DNA of 57,847 bases from an uncultured Gammaproteobacteria bacterium (GTDB taxonomy: Bacteria > Patescibacteriota > Microgenomatia > UBA8517), in contig CAZPLB010000005.1 in the NCBI GenBank assembly GCA_964587425.1, positions 1 through 57,847 of the forward strand, in the 5' to 3' direction. The notes under the pieces are model-generated. The model was not told the DNA's origin. It made no database searches and worked only from the letters and a program-made list of their open reading frames with translations. Of this stretch, positions 22,034 to 30,755 are shown piece after piece. Position numbers and translations under genes: made by a program. Numbering within the stretch: position 1 is the stretch's first letter; each line of letters starts with the position of its first letter.

Positions 22034-22933
22034 ATGAGGAATTCAGGTCAAGCTCTTCTTTTGGTAGTATTAGGTATGGCTATAGTTTTGACTATTGTTC
22101 TCTCAATTGTCGCCTCAACCACAACAGACATTAAAACTACAACTGGTGAAGAAGAATCTCTCCGTGCCTTTTCAGCAGCTGAGGCTGGAGTTGAAAAATC
22201 ACTAATAACAGGAGGAGTAACAACCGGAAGCTTTACAGGCAATTCCCAATTCACAGTTTCCTCAACCACCCTTGGAGCATCAAACGGACAATACATCTAC
22301 CCGCAAGACGTGGGGTCACTTGATACTGCCACAGTCTGGTTTGTTTCCCATGATGCAAATGGAGACTTAATTTGTAATGCCGCAAACCCTTGCTTCACCG
22401 GAAGTAAGATGCAGGTTTGTTGGGGAAGAGCAGGTATGAGAGGAGATTCAGACACAGCTCCAGCACTTGAAGTATCAATTATCTATACAACTACTCCTGG
22501 AGACTATGCAACTACAAAAATTGCCCGTATCACTCTTGATCCAAATACAGCAAGGATACCAGCCAATCAATTTTCAACTGCAGTCGCAAGCGGGTGCACT
22601 TTAAATGGCCAAAATTTCGCCTTCTCGAAAATTATCGATTTTGCCTCCAGCGCCGATTTCTCCCCGGTAACAATTCCAGCCACATCATATAATGTACAAA
22701 ATGGACTACAGATGGCAGTAGTCAGATTTTTATATAACACTGACAATGGACAGCCATTTGGTGTTAATATGAATTTTGCAGGCAATTCAAATTTCCCAAT
22801 ACAGGCAACTAGTATTGAGTCAACTGGAACTGCAGGCACATCAACAAGAAAAATCAGGGTATTGAAAACCTTCCCCGATTTACCGCCAGTTTTTAGTTCT
22901 GTTCTCTTTTCGCCAAACGGCTTAACACAATAA
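22034..22933 (+). CDS. Minor pilin (PilX-like)
   Basis: SG|QALLLV lacking Glu5, and RAFSAAEAGVE typical of the PilX N-terminus. Confidence 0.85.
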   Translation: MRNSGQALLLVVLGMAIVLTIVLSIVASTTTDIKTTTGEEESLRAFSAAEAGVEKSLITGGVTTGSFTGNSQFTVSSTTLGASNGQYIYPQDVGSLDTATVWFVSHDANGDLICNAANPCFTGSKMQVCWGRAGMRGDSDTAPALEVSIIYTTTPGDYATTKIARITLDPNTARIPANQFSTAVASGCTLNGQNFAFSKIIDFASSADFSPVTIPATSYNVQNGLQMAVVRFLYNTDNGQPFGVNMNFAGNSNFPIQATSIESTGTAGTSTRKIRVLKTFPDLPPVFSSVLFSPNGLTQ

Positions 22934-22934
22934 T

Positions 22935-23951
22935 ATGGCAGTAGGATTAGACATAGGATCAAAGACAATAAAAGTTGTAGAAATTGTTGGAGATGCCAAT
23001 AAACATGTCTTGAAGGCCGCAGGTATTGTGGGTGTAACTTCAGGAGGAATTGACACTCTACAAAGCGATAAAGAGTATGAAAGTTTAGCTGGAATTATCA
23101 AAAAATTATTCCAAGATGCCAAGATTGGCAGTAAAGACGTTGCAATAGCCCTCCCAGAGCCGCAGGTATTTACAAGAACAATTAAGTTTCCTCCACTAAG
23201 CGAACAGGAAATCGCCTCAGCAGTAAAATGGGAAGCAGAAGAATATGTGCCAATTCCAATAAAGGATGCAATTGTACAGCACAAAATTCTCGAAAGAACC
23301 CAAGAAGGCAATAACCAGCAGGCTCTAGTGCTTTTGGTTGCTGCCCCCAGAGTATTAGTTGAAAAATATGTAAAAATCCTAGCTCTTGCCGGGTTAACAA
23401 CAGTTGGAGTGGAAACCCAAATGATGGCAATGGCCAGGTCCTTGGCGCCTGCCCTTCAAACCACGCTTGTTATTGATTTTGGTGCAAGAAGTACAGATAT
23501 TTCCATAGTCAAAAACAAAGAACTAGTTTTCTCCCGATCTATTCCAACTGCAGGCGAGGCATTCACACGAGCAATTGCCCAATCTTTGGGAGTCAGGGAA
23601 ACCCAAGCTGAGGAATACAAAAAGACATATGGTATGGTACCCGGCCAATTAGAGGGTAAAGTGGGAACTGCAATCGCCCCTATTTTCACAATCATCGCAG
23701 ATGAAATAAAGAAAGCGATCGCTTTCTACCAGTCAGAAGAAAAGGGAGAAATGCCAAGCTCTGTAATTCTTTCAGGGGGTACCGCAGGGCTTCCTGAAAT
23801 CAGTCCAGCACTAACAAAGATGTTAGGGCTTGAAGTTGGCATCGCAAATCCTTTTACAGGTATTCAAGTTGACCCAACAACCATGAATAAACTCCTGCCG
23901 TATGCACCGCTCTACTCCATTGCTGTAGGCCTTGCTTTAAGGGGGGACTAG
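22935..23951 (+). CDS. pilM: Type IV pilus alignment protein PilM
   Basis: VGLDIGS..IKVV, IDFGA..TD, LSGG.A, ANPF and AVGLALR. Confidence 0.95.
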   Translation: MAVGLDIGSKTIKVVEIVGDANKHVLKAAGIVGVTSGGIDTLQSDKEYESLAGIIKKLFQDAKIGSKDVAIALPEPQVFTRTIKFPPLSEQEIASAVKWEAEEYVPIPIKDAIVQHKILERTQEGNNQQALVLLVAAPRVLVEKYVKILALAGLTTVGVETQMMAMARSLAPALQTTLVIDFGARSTDISIVKNKELVFSRSIPTAGEAFTRAIAQSLGVRETQAEEYKKTYGMVPGQLEGKVGTAIAPIFTIIADEIKKAIAFYQSEEKGEMPSSVILSGGTAGLPEISPALTKMLGLEVGIANPFTGIQVDPTTMNKLLPYAPLYSIAVGLALRGD

Positions 23952-23953
23952 TT

Positions 23954-24478
23954 ATGGCCAACATTAACCTTTTGCCCACAGACCTTAAATTAGGGAGTAC
24001 CACCCTCAAGGCAATTGCTCTGGCCAATCGAATCGCCATAGGTTTAGCCATTCTCCTTCTAATGATAGTTGCCGGCGGCGTTTTGGTTAATTTTCTTGTG
24101 GGAAGGCAAATCAGAGAAACCAATAACAATTCAACCCAGTTGAGAACAAATATCCAAAAGCTCGAAGGTGTTGAACAAAAACTTTTTCTAATTAAAGATA
24201 GAGCGCAAAAAGGCGCTTTAATTTATGAGGAAAAAGATGTTTCAGAAAAAATAGAGAAGGTTAATACTCTTTTAACATCTCTTCCGGAGGACGTTGCCCT
24301 CTCCGCTATGAATTTTGATGCAGGAGCTGCAAACTTTTCAATTATAAGTAAAAGCTCAAGCAGTATGGCCCTATTTATAAATAAAGTAATAGGGAGTGGT
24401 GCTTTTACAAAAGTTACCCTAAAAAGTTTTAACTTTAACCCAAATCAAGGTTACACAATTGCAATTGATACTCTATGA
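23954..24478 (+). CDS. pilN: PilN-like alignment protein
   Basis: INLLP motif, TM helix, coiled coil, and position after pilM. Confidence 0.85.
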   Translation: MANINLLPTDLKLGSTTLKAIALANRIAIGLAILLLMIVAGGVLVNFLVGRQIRETNNNSTQLRTNIQKLEGVEQKLFLIKDRAQKGALIYEEKDVSEKIEKVNTLLTSLPEDVALSAMNFDAGAANFSIISKSSSSMALFINKVIGSGAFTKVTLKSFNFNPNQGYTIAIDTL

Positions 24479-25146
24479 AGCAAATTACAAAAGACATAAA
24501 AGTCCTACTTCCAAGAATACTTATTATTTTGGCGATCATAGTACTAGTTGCCCTCTCAACAAGATTTATCCTCGACAAACTGAATAGTGGACAGGCCGAA
24601 GAAGATACCGCAAAGTCAGAAGAGGCAGACTTGACGCGTAAGTTCAAATCCCTTTCCGCTCTCCAAGGAGAAAATTTCCCAACCGGGTCAGTAAGTGCCG
24701 CAATCCCCAATGACAATTCAAGTTTTCTTGCGATATCCCAACTTGAACAAGTGGCAGCAGAAAATAGCGTCATTCTCTCAAGCACCCGTGTTGGTCCAGA
24801 GAGTTCTGGCTCTGGAACGTTCCATTCTGATATAAATTTAGAAGTAGAAGCCCCATTTGCAAAGATCGCAGCCTTTGTAAAAAGCATATCGCAAGTAGCT
24901 CCCTTAATGCGTGTAAAAAGTGTTAAATCACTCCAAGTGAAAGAAACCAATCAGGCAACGATTATTGTTGCAACATACTGGGCGCCTTTTCCAACTCAAT
25001 TGCCTCCAATATCAAAAGAGTTATTAGGGCCAACTGACGCCGAGCAGGAAATGTTGACAAAACTATCATCCCTGAAAAAACCAGCTTTCGAACAAACTGT
25101 CACACCACAGCCACCCACAAGTAGAGTCGATCCATTTAGTATTTAA
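24475..25146 (+). CDS. pilO: PilO-like alignment protein
   Basis: TM helix, coiled coil and AIP motif, positioned after pilN. Confidence 0.7.
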   Translation: MKQITKDIKVLLPRILIILAIIVLVALSTRFILDKLNSGQAEEDTAKSEEADLTRKFKSLSALQGENFPTGSVSAAIPNDNSSFLAISQLEQVAAENSVILSSTRVGPESSGSGTFHSDINLEVEAPFAKIAAFVKSISQVAPLMRVKSVKSLQVKETNQATIIVATYWAPFPTQLPPISKELLGPTDAEQEMLTKLSSLKKPAFEQTVTPQPPTSRVDPFSI

Positions 25147-25159
25147 AAAAGTAAAGAAG

Positions 25160-25390
25160 TTATTTTTCGGTGACATCTATGTCAACCCTTGTATTTTCCA
25201 GTACTCCCTTGATTCCAGCTATCCTTCTCAAATTCTTAACCATCTTTCCCCCACTTCCAATTATCATGCCGATAATCTTGGGCTCTGCTTTAACGCTCAT
25301 TATTATTCTTCCCTCTTCCTGAGTTTCAGTTACCTCAAAATCAGTTGATCCTGTAATTTTTTGTATTAAAAAAGTGATTAGTTCCTTCAT
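25160..25390 (-). CDS. khpA: KH-domain RNA-binding protein
   Basis: IGMIIGSGGK motif, directly downstream of rpsP. Confidence 0.88.
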   Translation of the reverse strand: MKELITFLIQKITGSTDFEVTETQEEGRIIMSVKAEPKIIGMIIGSGGKMVKNLRRIAGIKGVLENTRVDIDVTEK

Positions 25391-25391
25391 T

Positions 25392-25610
25392 TTAAGCTAA
25401 AAGTTTTGCAACAGGCGCTGAAATCAGCGCTCCATTATTCGTCCACTTTGATAATGCGGCCTTGTCAATCTTGAGTGAATCATCAAGAGGATTCCACCAA
25501 CCAAAAACTTCCAAATTCTTACCCTTGACCTTCTTCTGGGAATCAACAGCAACAATTCGGTATATTACCGACCCTTTCTTTCCATATGGTGACAATCTTA
25601 TTTTTACCAT
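25392..25610 (-). CDS. rpsP: 30S ribosomal protein S16
   Basis: MVKIRL..GKK...YRIVAVDS...G.WNP. Confidence 0.95.
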   Translation of the reverse strand: MVKIRLSPYGKKGSVIYRIVAVDSQKKVKGKNLEVFGWWNPLDDSLKIDKAALSKWTNNGALISAPVAKLLA

Positions 25611-25618
25611 GATTAATT

Positions 25619-26308
25619 CTACTGCACGGCTATTTTACCATTTTTGCCGTACGTTTTCAAAGCATGTTTAGCAGCAGCTGTTCCCGCTTCACTTTTACTT
25701 TTTCCAAGTCCCTCTCCAAGCACTTTTTCAAGCACTAAAACTTGTACCTTAAATTGTCTGTTGTGGGCAGGTCCTGAGCTTTCAATAACCCTATAAACAG
25801 GTGTTCCCTCTCCTGCTGCCTGTGTTTTTTCCTGAAGCATATTTTTAGGATCCTTCAAATAAAGTTGGTGTGTTGCAAGCATTTCATCAGTTAGTAAATT
25901 TTTGTGTATAAATTCCCCAACTTCCGTGAGTCCAGAATCAAGGTACATTGCTCCAATAATGGCTTCAACTGTGTCTGCCAAAATTGACTTACTACTTGCC
26001 TCCTCTTTCTCGCCATTGGAAATGAATATTGAAGGAGCAAGATCAATAGACTTTGCAAACTTAGCTAGGTTTACTGTATTTACAACATTTGACCGAAGAA
26101 GTGTTAAATACCCCTCATTCTTGTCAGGAAATGTTTTATACAAGTGATTTGTCACAACAAACTCTAAAACTGCATCCCCCAAAAATTCAAGTCTTTCATT
26201 TGATTCGCGTTCATCAGGATTTTCATTTACCCAAGATTTATGGGTTAAAGCAGTCAAAAAAAGTTTGTTATCTTTGAATTTGCTTTCAATATTTTTAATT
26301 TTTGTCAT
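25619..26308 (-). CDS. rnc: Ribonuclease III
   Basis: ALTHKS, NERLEFLGDAVL, ADTVEAIIGA and a C-terminal dsRBD. Confidence 0.96.
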   Translation of the reverse strand: MTKIKNIESKFKDNKLFLTALTHKSWVNENPDERESNERLEFLGDAVLEFVVTNHLYKTFPDKNEGYLTLLRSNVVNTVNLAKFAKSIDLAPSIFISNGEKEEASSKSILADTVEAIIGAMYLDSGLTEVGEFIHKNLLTDEMLATHQLYLKDPKNMLQEKTQAAGEGTPVYRVIESSGPAHNRQFKVQVLVLEKVLGEGLGKSKSEAGTAAAKHALKTYGKNGKIAVQ

Positions 26309-26663
26309 TTTTTAGTTTACCCTTACCAACCACTGCCCCAAGTACTCCGTTTACAAAAGAAGGAGCACTTTCTGCCCCAAACTCTTTGGCAAGCTCAACC
26401 GCTTCGTCTATTACAACCTTTGGAGGAGTTTTGTCTTCAAGTAATTCAAAAACAGCAAGTCTTAAAATGGCCAAGTCAGCCTTGTTTATTTCAGTAATGG
26501 GCCGGTCTGGAGCTCCTTTTGCAATTATGGCATCAATCTCGGTTATTCGCTTCAATATTTCCTGTGTATCTCTCTTCACAGGCTGTTTTGCAAATGAATA
26601 TGCAAATAGATCCTTTACAATAACTCTTCGTTTGGTATGCCTGGGGTCAGTTTTTGATTTCAT
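26295..26663 (-). CDS. nusB: Transcription antitermination factor NusB
   Basis: DLAILRLAVFE, PPKVVIDEAVELAKEFG and FVNGVL. Confidence 0.95.
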   Translation of the reverse strand: MKSKTDPRHTKRRVIVKDLFAYSFAKQPVKRDTQEILKRITEIDAIIAKGAPDRPITEINKADLAILRLAVFELLEDKTPPKVVIDEAVELAKEFGAESAPSFVNGVLGAVVGKGKLKNDKN

Positions 26664-26821
26664 TAGGCCTTAGAGCCGCAATGTGGACAAATCCTATGAG
26701 AATATTTAAGTTTCCCACAAGATTTGCATTTAACCAAATTAGGCAAAGAGATGACGCTATTTTTATTGCGTCTCTGATTACTCCTGCTTCTTGTGTGCTT
26801 TTTCTTTGGTAGCGGTGTCAT
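26663..26821 (-). CDS. rpmF: 50S ribosomal protein L32 (Zn-ribbon type)
   Basis: Manual translation MTPLPKKKHTRSRSNQRRNKNSVISLPNLVKCKSCGKLKYSHRICPHCGSKA (52 aa, not in the ORF track). Confidence 0.93.
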   Translation of the reverse strand: MTPLPKKKHTRSRSNQRRNKNSVISLPNLVKCKSCGKLKYSHRICPHCGSKA

Positions 26822-28796
26822 ATCGCCCTGATTTTACCACGAGAGGTACCACCATCTCAAGGGAAACTTCCATTGTAGTCTTAATTAGGGCAATATCACT
26901 CCAGTCCGCAATTTTCAGCTCAGGTATTCCACTTTGTTTTGTTCCAAATATTTCTCCCGGCCCACGCATCTTCAGGTCAATCTCAGCAAGTTCAAAACCA
27001 GAACTTTTTTTGGTTAATGCAGTTAACCTTTCTTGTACACGTTCTGAGGTGTTTTCAGTCATGAGTAGGCAGTATGACTTTTTAACCCCTCTTCCCACCC
27101 TACCTCGTAGCTGATGAAGACCGGCTAGTCCAAATCTATCAGATGCCTCAATCATCATAATGGTGGCATTTGGAACATCAATTCCAACCTCAACTACAGG
27201 AGTAGTAACAAGAATTTGTTTTCCTCCTTTCTTGAACTCATCAATAACATCCTCTTTTTCCTTACTCTTTAATTTTCCATGAAGTAATGAAACGTGGTTC
27301 TTTCCAAATATTTTTGTTAACTTACTGTACTCAGTATTCACATTTTTGATATCCTTCATGGTCTCACTCTCTGAGTCTTCAATCAAAGGACAAACTACAA
27401 AGACCTGTGATTTATTCTCCTCAATTTCTTTTTTAATCCACCCATAAGCTCCAACTCTTTTTGTCTCAGGAACTATCCATGTTGTAATCCTTTGTCTATC
27501 TTTTGGAAGTTCTTTTAAAACTGACAAATCCATATCCCCAAAAAAAGTAAGTACCACTGTTCTTGGAATTGGAGTTGCTGTCATTGCAAGTACATGCGGT
27601 GTTCCACCCTTCTTGATTAGTTTTACTCTTTGTTCTACTCCGAACTTGTGTTGTTCATCTACAACAACAAAAGCCACATCTTTAAACGCCAGATCTTTAT
27701 TTAAAAGTGCATGTGTTCCAACCAAAATATCATAATCCTCAATGTTCCTGAGTTTGGTAGTTCCAGTCACAAGACCAATTCTGACTTTCTTTCCAAATAA
27801 TTTGGTGAGTGTTTTAAGATGTTGTTGGGCAAGTATTTGTGTTGGTGCCATTACAAGAGTTTTTTTACCATTTAAAAACACGAGGTATGCTGCAACTGCA
27901 GCAACAACAGTTTTTCCGCTTCCCACATCTCCCTCCAAGAGTCTGTTCATGGGAATATCTTTTTGTAAATCAGAAAGGATTTCGGTTACTGCAATGCTTT
28001 GAGAGTCAGTCAACTCAAAAGGCAACGTTTTCATGAAATCCCCAACCTTCATTTTTTGAGAATTTAATTTGACACCTTTATTCCCCTGCCACTTTTTCTT
28101 GCGGGCCAAGTTAATTGTATGTAGGTTAAGAAGTTCATCAAAGGCTAACCTATATCTTCCTCTTTCAAATATCTCCGGTGTCTTTGGAAAATGAACACTA
28201 TGTATGGCATCCTTCAGAGGAAGTAACTCATATTTTTCAATTATTTCTTGAGGCAAATATTCTTCAATCTTTTCTCCATACGCCTCCCATGCATCACTCA
28301 GTCGTCTCCGCAAAGCTTTGGAAGAAACGCCCGCAGTTTCATGGTATATTGGAATAAGTCCGCTTGTGTGTATTTGTTTACCTCCAACCTTTACTATTTC
28401 ATACTCAGGTGAAATTAAAGCTCGTTTCCTTCCAATCCAATCCAGTTTTCCACCCAAACTCACAATATCTCCCTCATGAAATGTTCGAGAAAGATATGGC
28501 TGATTAAACCACATTGCATCCACCCTCCCTGTCTCATCCTCAATTGTTAATATTTGCATTGGTTTTCCTTTTCTTGTGTATTGATTTACAAAACGAACAA
28601 TCTTTCCGCTAACCGTAGCGGTCCCCCCCATTTGAAGTTCAGCAACAGGGGAAGCTTTGCTAAAATCCAAAAACTTCCTTGGAATATGATGAAATAAATC
28701 CCAGACAGTAAATATCCCAAGCTTTTCAAATTTCACAATTGAAGCTGGTCCAACAAATGGAAGTTTACTAACAGTCACATCTTTTATATCAATCAT
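26778..28796 (-). CDS. recG: ATP-dependent DNA helicase RecG
   Basis: RLLEGDVGSGKT, DEQHKFG, MTATPIPRT, QLRGRVGRG and DLKMRGPGE. Confidence 0.96.
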   Translation of the reverse strand: MIDIKDVTVSKLPFVGPASIVKFEKLGIFTVWDLFHHIPRKFLDFSKASPVAELQMGGTATVSGKIVRFVNQYTRKGKPMQILTIEDETGRVDAMWFNQPYLSRTFHEGDIVSLGGKLDWIGRKRALISPEYEIVKVGGKQIHTSGLIPIYHETAGVSSKALRRRLSDAWEAYGEKIEEYLPQEIIEKYELLPLKDAIHSVHFPKTPEIFERGRYRLAFDELLNLHTINLARKKKWQGNKGVKLNSQKMKVGDFMKTLPFELTDSQSIAVTEILSDLQKDIPMNRLLEGDVGSGKTVVAAVAAYLVFLNGKKTLVMAPTQILAQQHLKTLTKLFGKKVRIGLVTGTTKLRNIEDYDILVGTHALLNKDLAFKDVAFVVVDEQHKFGVEQRVKLIKKGGTPHVLAMTATPIPRTVVLTFFGDMDLSVLKELPKDRQRITTWIVPETKRVGAYGWIKKEIEENKSQVFVVCPLIEDSESETMKDIKNVNTEYSKLTKIFGKNHVSLLHGKLKSKEKEDVIDEFKKGGKQILVTTPVVEVGIDVPNATIMMIEASDRFGLAGLHQLRGRVGRGVKKSYCLLMTENTSERVQERLTALTKKSSGFELAEIDLKMRGPGEIFGTKQSGIPELKIADWSDIALIKTTMEVSLEMVVPLVVKSGRYDTATKEKAHKKQE

Positions 28797-29112
28797 CTAT
28801 TTTGAAGTTCTTCTTGTATAAAGCTTTTCAAAGTAGGTATACAGGGAGGAAAAATATCATCCCACGGCAGTTGCTTTACATTAACCCATTCCCAAGATAA
28901 AAACTCATGAGAATGTGTCGCTTTTGACAAGTCAGCATCTGTCGTGAGATGAACCTTCAGTGCACAGCCAAAATTTAAATAACCACGACCTTTAATGTCT
29001 GTGGTGTCAGTGGAGATTATTTTTAAATGATCTGGATTTACTCTTCTTTCCATAAAACTGTTCCCACACCTCTTCTGATTCTTACTGGTTCACTAAGTAT
29101 TCTATCTGGCAT
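28793..29112 (-). pseudogene. Nudix hydrolase remnant (frameshift, Nudix box absent)
   Basis: ATG 29112 gives MPDRILSEPVRIRRGVGTVLWKEE*. A second frame continues ...HEFLSWEWVNVKQLPWDDIFPP, like a Nudix C-terminus. No GX5EX7REUXEE motif lies between them. Confidence 0.55.
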
Positions 29113-29134
29113 ACGAAGATTATATACTACTTCT

Positions 29135-29263
29135 CTATCGTGAGAAGAAATAGGGCAAGTAAGGCAGGAACGACATCAAAAGAAGAACTAGTCCTGCAAT
29201 AATTGCACCAACCACTACAATTTTACTTTTCTTCTTTTTCTTTGGAACATTATTTATATACAT
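29135..29263 (-). CDS. Small single-TM protein (42 aa)
   Basis: MYINNVPKKKKKSKIVVVGAIIAGLVLLLMSFLPYLPYFFSR, starting 5 nt after the tyrS stop. Confidence 0.6.
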   Translation of the reverse strand: MYINNVPKKKKKSKIVVVGAIIAGLVLLLMSFLPYLPYFFSR

Positions 29264-29268
29264 AATAG

Positions 29269-30423
29269 TTACCTTACTTTGTAAAATCTTCGCTTTCCCA
29301 AGTTTATCTTGTCCCCAGAACTAAGTTCCTGGTTAACGTCTTCAACCACCTTTCCATTCACATCAACTCCCCCTTGTTTGACAATTCTTTTTGCTTCACT
29401 TTTACTCCCAAGAATTTGGGCAATAGTATCAACCAAACCACCTTTGTTAATTATTTCTGTTTTATACTCTGGCTCACCTTTCTGGAAAGTCAGCTCGAAA
29501 TTTCCCCGTGCACTTAAAGCATAACTTGTACTGTAAAGCTCTTTAACTATTTCAAAAGCCAATTCTTTTTTTGCAAGAACGGGGTTCTCACCATTCTTTA
29601 ATCTTGTTTCCTTTTCCTCAATTTCATCTTGTGGCAATTCTGTTGCAAGTCTGAAATATTGATTAATTAGGTCATCCTGAATAGACATAACCTTTCCAAA
29701 CATCTCATCGGCAGTATCATCAAGCCAAATTGCATTTCCCCAGCTTTTACTCATTTTGCGTCCATCTGTTCCTGTAAGGTAATCAGTAACCAAGACAAAT
29801 GAATCTTTACCTCTTAAATCTTTTTGCAGCATTCTCCCCGCCTGCATATTAAAAGTCTGATCGGCGCTCCCGATTTGTATATCGGTATCCAAGATATAGC
29901 TGTCATACCCTTGCATTATTGGGTATTCGGTTTCATCAAGCCGAACCTTCTTTCCTTCATTCAACCTCTTTTTTATAAGTTCACGGCTAATGAAATCATT
30001 CAATGAAAACCGTTGTTTTAGTTGAATAAGTTCTACATATGTTAATTTCTTGAGCCACTCGCTGTTATATTTAACTTTTGCTTTTGAAAAATCAACAATC
30101 TTTTCAGCTTGTTTTTTGTAAGTTTTGAAATTCTCTTTTATCTCCCCAGATGTGAGTATTGGTCTCTCAGACTCTTTGTCTGAAGTATCCCCAATTAGTG
30201 CTGTGAAGTCACCGATTAGAAAAGTAACATTGTGGCCCATCTCAACAAACTTCTGCAGTTTTCGTAAAGGTACAGCATGTCCCAAGTGAATTCTTGTAGC
30301 AGTTGGATCAATCCCTAAGTAAACATTTAATTTTTTCTTGGATTTCAAAAGTTCCAAAAGTTTTTCTTTATTTGAAATGATATTGACTACACCCCTAGTT
30401 AAAACTTCGTCAATTGTTGACAT
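29269..30423 (-). CDS. tyrS: Tyrosyl-tRNA synthetase
   Basis: GIDPTA..IHLGH, YPIMQGYD, KMSKS and a C-terminal S4 domain. Confidence 0.96.
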   Translation of the reverse strand: MSTIDEVLTRGVVNIISNKEKLLELLKSKKKLNVYLGIDPTATRIHLGHAVPLRKLQKFVEMGHNVTFLIGDFTALIGDTSDKESERPILTSGEIKENFKTYKKQAEKIVDFSKAKVKYNSEWLKKLTYVELIQLKQRFSLNDFISRELIKKRLNEGKKVRLDETEYPIMQGYDSYILDTDIQIGSADQTFNMQAGRMLQKDLRGKDSFVLVTDYLTGTDGRKMSKSWGNAIWLDDTADEMFGKVMSIQDDLINQYFRLATELPQDEIEEKETRLKNGENPVLAKKELAFEIVKELYSTSYALSARGNFELTFQKGEPEYKTEIINKGGLVDTIAQILGSKSEAKRIVKQGGVDVNGKVVEDVNQELSSGDKINLGKRRFYKVR

Positions 30424-30502
30424 ACCCTTAGTTTATTCTTTAGCTCATCCTGTTTCAAGTTGATGTATTGTCTCGTTACTAGAAAAGTACTATATTGAAA
30501 TT

Positions 30503-30733
30503 ATGGGTGACACTAAAATGCTCCAGGCAATATTAAGCGGGCAATCTCAAATCCGCGAAGATATAAAATCTTTAGATGTAAAGATTGATGGAGTAGAAGA
30601 AAGGTTAACTTCAAGGATAGACAAACTTGGAAAACAACTCGCATATCTTGAAGATGACGCTCCAACTATTGCAGAACACAAGAAACTAGAGAAGAGAGTT
30701 ACGAAAATAGAAAAGAAAATAGCTCTAGCATGA
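30503..30733 (+). CDS. Small coiled-coil hypothetical protein
   Basis: 76 aa ORF with a heptad pattern and a -10-like box just upstream. Confidence 0.7.
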   Translation: MGDTKMLQAILSGQSQIREDIKSLDVKIDGVEERLTSRIDKLGKQLAYLEDDAPTIAEHKKLEKRVTKIEKKIALA

Positions 30734-30755
30734 ATCTTTTGCTAGAATGCATTAG

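Noticed and set aside
17680-22933. Pilin array as a shufflon or silent-cassette system
   Set aside because: All genes are co-oriented with their own N-termini, and no recombinase or repeated recombination sites were seen.
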